Positions 1-12,000 of a DNA stretch of 64,000 nucleotides are shown piece by piece; the stretch's first letter is position 1; every line of letters begins with the position of its first letter. The position numbers and the translations under genes were made by a program. The notes beneath the pieces were generated by a model. That model ran no database searches. It worked only from the letters and a program-made list of their open reading frames with translations, and was not told the origin of the DNA. Source of the DNA: Candidatus Chisholmbacteria bacterium (GTDB lineage Bacteria > Patescibacteriota > Microgenomatia > UBA1400 > Chisholmbacteraceae); contig CAVPHZ010000001.1 of NCBI GenBank assembly GCA_963704905.1, forward strand, positions 579,438-643,437, written 5' to 3'.

Positions 1-1
1 T

Positions 2-3000
2 CTCGATAGGGCATCGGCCGGGGTGTTGAATATCGCTGATGCGACTGCGACTTCGGTATCCATTGGTTCAGGTGGAATGGATTCAGTAACAATCACCACC
101 AATAGCACTGGCGATAGTGAAGTTGTACTTCCAAATGATTCTATTGGGACGAGTGAGATTCTTGATAATGCAGTTACCACTACTGATCTTGCGGCAACAT
201 TAACCTTTGCTGATGGGGATTTTGTAGACCTTGGCTCTATTACTAATAGTGCTGCGACCAATGAAGGACTTCGACTTCCTCAAGGGTCAGGGGCATTTGG
301 GAATCCCTCGAGCGGAGAAGGGTACCTTGCCTATCGGGCCGATTCCAATGCGCTTCAGTACTATGACGGTGCGGCTTGGGTATCGCTGGCTTCCGGAGAT
401 GCTTCGAGCAAGTGGACCGATACCGGGCAAATTACCTATCTAACCGAAGCGACAGATGACTTGGTTGTAGGAAGTGATGGAGGAGATTTAATTGCACCGT
501 TTTCGATTGATACATCCGCGAATACGGTTCGAATCGGTGATGGTGGTGGGACAACGGATGGGACGCTGAATATCTATGCTAATGATGGAGATCAGGGAAC
601 CCTCACGATGAACACCAGTGATCAGCTCAATCTCCAGGGAGCTGATTTAGTGGTTGATCAAGCACTCGATGTTGATGGTCAAGTGGATCTAGGAGATGGG
701 GGGGATGCTATCACTCTAAACGGTACAGCGCTAACGTTTACTGCTAATAGTGCTGGAAATGATATTGACTTCACGATTGTCGATAACAATACGAATTCGT
801 TTAACATTCAGCAGGGTGCTAATACATATTTCGACGTTAACACTACGGATGGCTTTGAGGAGATCACATTCGGAAATGGAACAACCAACCCTGACTTCAC
901 CTTTTCCGGGACCGGGATTCTCAATTGTACCGACTGTATAAATTTCGATGACATGGCAAACAACATGACTCTTGATGAATCTACAACGGTTAACTTGGAT
1001 GCGAATAACTACATCATCAACTTAAATGCGACGGGAGAATTTTTAGTTCAAGATGGGGGAAGTACGGTGTTTCAAATCGAAGATGCCGATGGAATCTCGA
1101 CGTTTAATGATGATCTTGATCTGAATTTGGCGTCAACCGAAAACTTAACGATTACTAATTCCTCGATGACTTCGGCTGATCTTGTTTCGATAGCGGCAAC
1201 GATCACCGATAACAACAACGCTGATGCAATGCAGATCACGATTACTGATAACACCTTCAGCTCTGGGACAGCGCGAGGGCTGGTGATTGAGACTGGGAAT
1301 GGGAGTGCGAGCATTGACTCAGCACTGGCGATCAACCACACCGATACCGGTCAGGCGATGACAGCTGGGATTGAGATTACTGGCGATGCTTCTACGGTGA
1401 TTACCACGGCACTTGATGTTGATGATCCTGAGATTGTTACTGCATTGAGTGCGGGTGCTAACGACTTGAGTGGCACGAATTGGAGCATTACCGGAGCAAG
1501 TGGGAATATGACCTTGGCTGGAACATTAGCAGTGAATGGAGACCAAATAACGGCTGATGGAGGGACGCTCACCATAAACGCAGGAGGAACGGTTGACATT
1601 CAAGATGCGGTGATTGCGGATAGTTTATCTACTGATACGGGTGGGGTAAGTATTGCGGCTGGGCAAAGCTACACAGGCGCTGGAGCGGTGACGCTGTCTT
1701 CCGGAGGTGCTGGAGGTCTATCGGTGAATTCAGCAAGTGGATTAGTTACCTTCTCAACGGATGATGATCTTATTCCAACCCTTGGGGCTGGCGATGCTGA
1801 TATCGGTGCATCTGGGACGCGTTGGGATAATATCTTTGCTACTGCAGGTGATTTTTCCGGAACAGTCACTGCAGTTGATTTTGCCTGTACTGACTGCTTG
1901 GATTTTGATGAGTTTGCCAACACCATGACGGTGGATGAAACTACTGAAATTTCATTGGGTGGAAATAACTTTACTTATAATCTCAATGGTCTTGGTGAGT
2001 TTGCCATCCAAGATGGTGGTTCGGATGTCTTCCGCATCGAAGATGTCAACGGCATTACTACGATTAGTGATGATGTTGATTTAACACTGTCTGGAACCGA
2101 GAACTTGGCAATTACCTCAAATTTGGGAGGGTCTGTCGATGTTGCCAGTCTGGTTCTTACCCCTTCGGCTTCACCTGGGACTACCAGGGGTATTTATATC
2201 CAGCAGGCAAACTCATCCAACACTAATGGATTGGATACTGCTTTTCTTATCGACAATGCTGATACCAATTTAGCAGTTGGGACTGCAATTCAAATATCTA
2301 ATACTGGAGGTGGAGGGTATACAACTATTTTGGATACTCCGGCGGTGGATATTAGCGGAAGTGGGGAAATCACCGTGCCCGCCGGGACAGGTCTGGATAC
2401 AAATGGGGCTGGAGGACTTGAGCTGGGGGTTACGAATGCGACAGCCATCACCATGGGATCTAGCGGAATGACCACAGCTGTTGACGGTGGAATGACTGTT
2501 GAGGAAACATTCACGGCAAATGGGCAGGCTGTTATTGGAGATGGTGGCGATTCGATTGTCCTTTCGGGTTCGACGATTACTCTAACTGCAAATGGGGCTG
2601 GGAATGATATCACGACTAATCTAGTTGATAACAATGCTGATGCGCTAGACATCCAACAAGGGACGAATAACTACCTCAATATAACTACTCAAGATACTAT
2701 TGAAGCGATCAATTTTGGTAATGCCTCAACAAACCCAGACTATAGTTTCTTAGGATCTGGCCAGACAACCTTTAACGGAAACGTTGATACTACCAGTGGT
2801 CTTGATGTCACGGGAGCGGATCTTACTGTTGGTGGAGCAAACTTCTCAGTCGCTCAGGCAAGCGGCAACATTACAACAGCAGGAACCTTAGCGGTGAATG
2901 GTGACCAGATCACGGCAGATGGGGCTACTTTGGTTATCAATGCGGCTGGAGCGGTTGATGTTCAAGACAACCTTACAGCGGATAGCATGACCACCGATAC

Positions 3001-6000
3001 AGGAGGAGTGACGATTGCGGCAGCGCAGAGCTACACTGGAGTCGGAGCGGTGACCTTGTCTTCAGGCGGGGCGGCAGGTTTGACACTGGATAGCGCGAGC
3101 GGCTCAGTTACTTTATCTACAGATGATGATCTTCTGCCAACGCTCGGAGCCGGAAATGCGGACATCGGATCTTCTGGAGCTCGATGGGATACAATCTATG
3201 GGACTGCTGGGGATTATTCTGGGACAGTGACAGCTAATGACTTTGCCTGCACAGACTGCTTAGACTTTACGGAATTTTCCAATACTTTGACGCTTGATGA
3301 AGCAACCACGCTTACGTTTGACACAAATAATTTCACATTCAACTTGAATTCGACCGGTGAGTTTGCCATCCAAGACGGCGGATCGGATGTGTTCCGAATT
3401 GAAGATGCGGATGGAATTTCTACGTTTTCCGATGATGTCGACTTCACACTGACCAATACTGAGAATGTGGCGATCTCTTCAACTCTCAACAGCGATGTGG
3501 GCGTTGTTCCACTACAAGTGACGTTAACTGACAATGCCAATACTTCCGGAGGTACACTCTATGCCATGCAAGTGACTAATGCGGATAACGGTGGTGGTTT
3601 GGGAGTTCCTGATGCTTTGGTCCGCTTCAACAATGCGAATGCCAATGAGACTGTACCAGATGGACTGATCATTGAGCAAAGTGCTGGTGGAACGATGACT
3701 AACGCGTTGCGGATTCTTGAATCGGCTGGAACGATCACGAATGGAATCGTATTAGGTTCAAGTTTTGCGGTAGGCATGGATGCAGGGGGTAATACTATCG
3801 AAAATATTGGTGACACCGGAACGGACTTTACCTCAGGAGGAGGATTAAATTTAGCTGGGACCTTTGATGCAAATGGACAGGTGGATCTAGGTGATGGGGG
3901 CGATGCGGTCACCGTCTCTGGAACAGTGCTGACCTTTTCAGCGAATGGTGTGAATAATGATGTTACTTTCAACATTGTTGACAATAACACCGACTCGTTT
4001 GACTTGCAGCAGGGAACTGATAATTACCTCAACATCAACACGACGAATGGATCTGAGCAGGTTACTCTTGGTAATTCACTTACCAATGCTTCGGTTAGGG
4101 TTGATATCGGCTCGAGTGGAAACTTGACTTTGCCAGATTTTACCACCTGTACAGCGCTTGAAACAGATGGGTCAGGGAATGTGGTGTGCGGAGCGGATGA
4201 CGGGGCGGTTGATCTGCAAGGAGCATATGATGGCGGAAATTCGATTGAGACGGCGGTTGCCACCCCAGTCATCATTACCGAAACAACGGCAGCTGCAAAT
4301 AGTCAAGATTTACTTCAACTAACCGTCAATCCAGCTACTACGGGAACATTTACCGGTGATGCGATGCAGATCACCATGGATGCGGCTGATGCTAATGCCA
4401 TGACAGGACATGGATTGCATGTGATCATCGATCAGTCTCAAGTGCTGAATGGTAATCCAATCTATGTTGAGAGCGATGCAGCTTCTGCCTTATTTACGGT
4501 TGATGAGAATGGCGCAGTAACCACCGCCGGTTATTTGGCGGTAAATGGTGATCAGATAACAGCCGATGGCGCAACACTGACCATCAATGCTGCCGGAGCG
4601 GTTGATATTCAAGACAATGTGACTGTTGATCAATTAACCACCGACACCGGAGGAGTATCGATTCCAGACGGGCAGGCGTATGCTGGAGCAGGTGCGATCA
4701 CCTTGTCCTCCGGTGGTGCAGGTGGAATTACTGTCAATTCTGCTGATGGGGCGGTAACTTTTGCTGCAGATGATGATTTGATTCCAACCCTGGGAGCTGG
4801 AGATGCTGATGTAGGAGCGAGCGGTACGCGATGGGATAACATATATGCGGTGGCCGGAAGTTATTCTGGGACTGTAACAGCCACTGATTTTGCTTGTACA
4901 GATTGTCTCAATTTCACGGAGTTTGCTGATAACATGACACTTGATAACGCGACGACGATTGCGCTTTCGAGCAATGATTTTGTGATCAACTTGGATTCGA
5001 CGGGAGAGTTTGCTATCCAGGATGGTGGGACGGATGTATTCAGAGTAGATGATGTTAATGGTGTCAGCACATTTTCCGATGACCTTGATGTCAGTTTGGC
5101 TGGAACTGAAAACCTAACAGTTAGCAATACTGCTATGACAACTGCTGACCTGCTTAGTGTCTCTGGTACTGTGAGTGATGCAAACAGCAGTGATATTGTA
5201 CAAATAACAATTACTGATAACACTTCCACCTCAGGCAATGCACGAGGATTAGTGGTTGAGACAGGGAATGGGGCAGCTAGTGTTGATGCGGCAATAGCAA
5301 TTAATCATACCGACACCGGGCAAGCGATGACTCGGGGATTGCAAATTACCGGTGACGCTTCTACAGCAATTACTACGGCGATCGATGTTTCTGATCCTGA
5401 AATTGTAACGGCATTGAGTGTTGGTGCTAACGACATAAACGGAAGCAACTGGTCTTTGACTGGGGCTGGAACTATGACACTTGAGGGAACGTTGGCAGTC
5501 AATGGAGATCTGATCAGTGCAGATGGAGCTACTTTGACAATTAACGCTGCTGGAACGGTGGATATTCAAGATGATCTAAACTCTGATTCCGTGACGACAG
5601 ATACTGGAGGAGTAACGATTGCAGCAGGTCAAAGTTACACTGGAGCTGGGGCGGTAACTCTGTCTTCTGGAGGGGCTGCTGGTTTGACGATTGATTCAGC
5701 TTCAGGGACGATTGCTCTAGCCAGCAATGATGACCTAACGGCTACTGGAGATGTGACATTGACTCAAGCAGATACGGAAAATCTGGATATTGTTTCAACA
5801 CTGGCTTCGGATGTTTCGGTGACACCGTTGGCCATATCACTTACTGATAATGCTTCCGCTTCGACAGGAGATGTGTATGGATTTTCGATTACCAATGCTG
5901 ATAACGGAGCGAATGTGGGAGTACCAGATGCATTTATCAGGCTCAATAATGCTAATGCCAATGAAACAGTTGCCGACGGCATTGTTATCGAGCAGTCAGG

Positions 6001-9000
6001 AGGTGGCACTCTAACCAATGCTTTGCGAATCTTTGAATCGGCTGGCACCATTACTAATGGAATAGTGCTCGGATCAACTTTCTCTACCGGTATTGATGCT
6101 GGGAACAACACGATTGAAAATATTGGGGTTGCTGGAACTGACTTTACCTCGTCTGGTGGGTTGAATTTAGCGGGTGCTTTGGACGCAAATGCGCAAGTAG
6201 ATCTGGGAGATGGTGGTGATTCAATTACCCTTTCCGGCACAACAGTGACAATGACTGCAAATGGGGCTGGGAATGATATCAGCCTCAATATGGTTGATAA
6301 CAACAGTGATGCGTTTGATCTTCAGCAAGGGACGAATAATTATTTGAATATCGATACCACTGATGGGGCTGAGACGGTCACGATTGGAAACAGCGGAGTA
6401 GTAAACCTCTCAGTGGTAATTGATGCTGGAGGCAGCGGCAATGTGAGAATTCCTGACTTCACTTCTTGTACTGCGATCGAAACAGATGGGTCTGGGAATT
6501 TGCTTTGCGGTACTGATCAGGGAGGAAGTCTGCAGGAAGCGTATAACGGAGGGAATTCGATTGAGACTGCTTTAGGTACTCCAGTACTCATTACTGAAAC
6601 CACAGCGGTAGTCAACACTCAAGATCTTTTGCAACTTACAGTTAACCCGGCGAGTGGAGGACAATTCCAGGGAGATGCGTTGCAGATTACCATGGATGCT
6701 GCCGATGGAAACGGGATGACAGGGGATGGGTTGAAGATCATTGTTGATGCGTCACAATCTACAGGTGATCCGATTGTGGTAGAAGATGATGGCTCCTCAC
6801 CGCTGTTTACGGTTGGCGAAACTGGAGCAGTGACCATGGCAGGAGCTTTGGCTGTCAACGGAGACTCGATTACTGCAGATGGAGCAACATTGACCATTAA
6901 TGCTGGAGGAGCTGTTGACGTGCAGGATAATTTGACTGCTGATTCCCTCATTACTGATACAGGTGGAGTGACGATTGCAGGTGGTCAAAGTTACACCGGT
7001 GCTGGTGCAGTAACTCTTTCATCTGGAGGTGGGGTTGGACTATTTATCGACTCTGCGAACGGAACCATCACTTTCGAAACAGACGATGATCTGATCCCTA
7101 CTTTGGGTGGTGGCACAGCTGATATCGGTTCGGGTGGTGCGCGGTGGGATAATCTCTACGTTTCAACCGGAGATTTCTCAGGTAATGTGACGGCAGCTGA
7201 TTTTATCTGCACCGATTGTTTGGACTTTACCGAGTTTTCTAATTCCATGAGTGTAGACGAGGCAACAACTATTGGACTGGGGAACTTTAACTTAACTTAC
7301 AACCTCGATGGTTCAGGAGAGTTCGCCATCCAGGATGGAGGAACAGATGTCTTCCGGATTGAAGATGCAAATGGTATCACCACTATCAGTGATGATGTTG
7401 ACTTGACTTTGGCTGGAAGTGAGAACTTAAACATTTCCAATATCACCATGACAACTGATGATTTGGTATCCGTTTCTGGAACTATCCAAGATACGAATAC
7501 GTCCGATGTCATGACTATTAATGTTACAGATAACACTTCGACCAGCGGTAGTGCAAGGGGATTGGTAATTGAAACTGGAAATGGTACAGCCAACCTTGAT
7601 TCAGCTTTGGCGATTGTTCATACCGATTCGGGTCAAGCCATGACTACGGGGATATCGATTTCAGGAAATCCTTCGACCGCGATTACCACAGCTATAGATG
7701 TATCAGACCCTGAGATTGTGACAGCGCTATCAGCGGGAGGGAATGATTTGTCTGGAACGAATTGGAGCATTACTGGAGTGAGCGGTGCCATGACGTTAGG
7801 TGGTACTCTGGCTGTAAACGGTGATGCGATTACTGCCGATGGTGCAACCTTGACCATCAATGCTGCTGGAGCGGTTGATATTCAAGATGCGGTTACCGTT
7901 GACTCGCTGACCGCTGACTCTGGTGGTGTAAGTATTGCAGCGGGTCAGAGCTACACTGGTAGCGGGGCAATCACTCTGTCATCTGCAGGAGCTGGAGATA
8001 TTACTATCAGTTCAGCTGGAGGTAATGTCACTTTTGGTACTGACAATGATCTTATTCCAACTCTGGGAGCAGCGAATGCTGATATCGGTTCGGTTGGGAG
8101 TCCTTGGGATAATTTGTACGTCGGAGCCGGTGTGTTTTCGGGAACTGTATCTGCAGGTGATTTTTCCTGTACCGACTGTTTAGACTTTACCGAGTTTTCT
8201 AACTCAATGAGTGTCGACGATCCAACCACGATCAGTTTAGGAAGCAATAACCTCACTTATAATTTGAATTCAACAGGAGAATTTGCCATTCAAGATGGTG
8301 GGCTGGATGTGCTGCGGATTGAGGATGCAAGTGGGATTACAACCATCAGCGATGATGTTGACCTAACCTTTGTCGACAGTGAGAATTTGGCTATTACCTC
8401 GGCGGTCTCGAGTGATGTAAGTACGTCGGTGATTGGCATTACGCTGACAGATAATGCGGCGGCTTCGACTGGCAGTTTATACGGAGTGTCGATTACCAAT
8501 GCAGACAACGGTGGGAATGTGGGTGTTCCGGATGCCCTGTTGCAGCTGGTCAACGCCAATGGCAATGAGACGGTTGCGGATGGAATTCTGATCCAACAGA
8601 CAGGGGGAGGAACGCTTACTAATGCACTACGGATAAGTGAAACTGCTGGGGCGATCACCAATGGAATTGTATTGGGCTCTGCGTTTTCTGTTGGTATTGA
8701 TGCGGGAAGCAATACGATTGAGAACATCGGGGATACCGGGACAGATTTCACTTCTTCCGGAGGTTTGACACTAGCCGGAACGCTGGACGCCAATGGTCAG
8801 GTTGATTTGGGAGATGGAGGAGATGCGATCACCATCTCCGGAACTGCAATCACCACTACGGCAAGTAGCGGGGATGTTATCTTCAATCTTGTCGATGCCA
8901 ACCCAGATGCCTTTGATGTGCAGCAGGGGACTGATAATTATTTCAACATTGATACGAGTAATAATAGTGAAGATATTACCATTGGTAATTCATTGGCGAA

Positions 9001-12000
9001 TCTGACGGTTACAGTTGATATAGGAGCGAGTGGGAATTTTATTCTCCCAGACTTTACCTCTTGTACGGCGATAGAAACTGACGGCTCCGGAAATTTGGTT
9101 TGCGGAACGGATGATGGAGCAACAAGTCTACAGACTGCATATAATGGAGGGAATTCGATCGAGACGGCAATTGGGTCTCCGGTTTTGATCACAGAAACAA
9201 CCTCGGCTGCAAATACTCAAGATCTTTTACAATTGACGGTTAACCCCGGCGCAGGCGGATCTTTCTCCGGTGATGGGCTGCAAATTACCATGGATGCAGC
9301 GGATGCCAGCGGGATGAGCGGTCACGGTTTGCACGTCATCGTCGATACCTCTCAATCTTCAGGATTTCCAATTTTGGTGGAAGACGATGGATCTGCTGAC
9401 CTACTCTCTCTAGATGAAAATGGAAATGCGATTCTTTCAGGAACGCTGGCAGTCAATGGGGATTCAATAACAGCTGATGGAGCAACACTGACAATCAACG
9501 CAGCAGGGGCGGTTGACATCCAAGATGATACGACCGTTGATTCGCTGACTGTTGATACCGGAGGCGTTTCGATTGCTGCCGGGCAGAGCTATACCGGTGC
9601 TGGGGCTGTTACTTTTTCATCAGGAGCTGGAACGGGGCTGACTGTCGATAGCGGAAATGGAGTGATTACCATTCAGACTGATGACGATATTCTGCCAACT
9701 CTTGGGGCAGGAGACGCGAATTTTGGTTCAGCAGGTGCCCGATGGGATAACATCTATGGCACGGTTGGAGACTTTGCCGGGGCAGTCACCGTGGCGGGGT
9801 CTTTGGCTGCGAATGGTGGGATTACTTTTAATCAGGCAACAGATACGGTTGGGGCACATACGGCGGCTGGAACCTACAACATGAACACCAACTTGATTGA
9901 GAACATTGGGGATACAGGTACTGACTTTGTTGCAGGCGGAGGATTGAATTTAGCTGGTGCTTTGGATGTTGATGGGGCAGCGACGATTGGAGACGGTGGA
10001 GATGCGATCACGCTTTCTGGAACTACGGTTACGCTAACTGCAAATGCAGCTGGCAATGATATTACTGCTAATTTGGTTGATAACAATACAGATGCGTTGG
10101 ATATCCAGCAAGGAACTAACAATTACCTGAATATTAACACGCAAGACAGCAGTGAGGCGATGAGTTTTGGCAATGCGAGTACTAATCCAGACTTTAGTTT
10201 TCTGGGGAGTGGAACGACGAACTTTGTGGGGAATGTTGATGCTCAGGCGGGTTTGGATGTTACGGGTGGTAATTTAACTGTCGGTGGTGGGAATTTCTCG
10301 GTGGCGGTTGGATCTGGGAGTATTACCACGGCTGGGACTTTGGCTGTCAATGGTGACTCAATCACTGCGGATGGGGCAACCTTGACGATTAATGCCGCAG
10401 GGGCGGTCGATATCCAAGACAATGTTACCGTTGATCAGCTGACCACCGATACCGGTGGAGTTTCGATTGCAGCAGGGCAAAGTTATACAGGGGCTGGGGC
10501 GGTGACGCTTTCATCTGGTGGTGCTACTACTTTGACTATAGACTCTGCTGATGGATCGGTTACCTTTGCAACCGATGATGATTTGATCCCAACACTGGGG
10601 GCTGGGAATGCTGACCTTGGTGCTAGCGGGACAAGATGGGACAACTTATATGTAGCGGCAGGTGACTTTTCCGGGACTGTGACGGCAGGTGACTTTTCCT
10701 GTACAGATTGTCTGGACTTTACAGAGTTTGCTGATGGTATGACGCTTGATAATACAACAAGCATAGCTTTGGGCGCCAATGACTTTACGATTAATGTGAA
10801 TTCTACCGGAGAGTTTGCCATTCAGGATGGGGGAGTAGATGTTTTCCGAGTTGAGGATGTAAATGGCATCTCGACGTTTTCAGATGATGTCGATTTTGCC
10901 ATGACAGATTCTGAAAATGTTTCAGTTGCATCAACACTAGCCAGTGATGTTTCGGTAACGGCTCTTGATGTGACAATAACAGACAATGCTGGAGCAAGCG
11001 GTGGATCGGTGTATGGTTTGCAGGTAACAAATGCGGATAATGCAGGAGCGGTGGGCGTTCCAGATGCGATTGTGCGTTTCAACAACGCCAATGCTGCAGA
11101 TACTATTACTGATGCTTTGGTGATTGAGCAATCCGGGGGCGGTACACTCACCAATGCTCTGCGGATTGTTGAATCGGCCGGAACCATTACGAATGGAATC
11201 GTTCTTTCCTCAGCTTTTGGAGTCGGTCTTGATGCAGGCAACAATACTATTGAAAACATCGGAGTGGCGGGTACTGATTTTACCTCTGGAGGTGGATTGA
11301 CGCTGGCCGGAACGCTGACTGCCAATTCAACGCTGGATGCCAACGGCCAGGTTGACTTGGGAGATGGAGGAGACTCAGTGAATATCAACGGAACGACGGT
11401 GGGCATTAATGCTACCGGGGCTGGGAATGATATTTCCATGGGATTGGTTGATAACAACACTGATGCGCTTGATATTCAACAAGGGACTGACAACTACATC
11501 AACCTGAATACTACTAATAATTCCGAGAACATCACTCTAGGCAACTCTACTCTGGCAAACATGAGTGTGACTATTGATATCGGTGCTTCTGGGACTGTTA
11601 CTCTGTCTGACTTTACCAGTTGTACGGCTTTGGAGACTAACGTGAGTGGGAACTTAGTTTGTGGAAGTGATGATGGAGGAAGTCTGCAAAGTGCGTATAA
11701 CGGCGGTAACTCGATTGAAACTGCGCTTGGATCTCAGGTGTTGATCACTGAAACGACCGCTGTCGGAAATACTCAAGATCTTCTGCAATTGACAGTAAAC
11801 CCAGCGACAACCGGAACGTTCTCTGGGGATGCTTTGCAAATCACCATGGATGCGGTTGATGCCAGTGCGATGACTGGACACGGAATCCATATGATTCTCG
11901 ATGTATCGCAATCAACTGGGGATATTATTTTAGCTGAGGAGGATGGTGGTCCAGATATTTTCCGCGTTCAGGAGGATGGTAGTATTACGACAACTGGAAC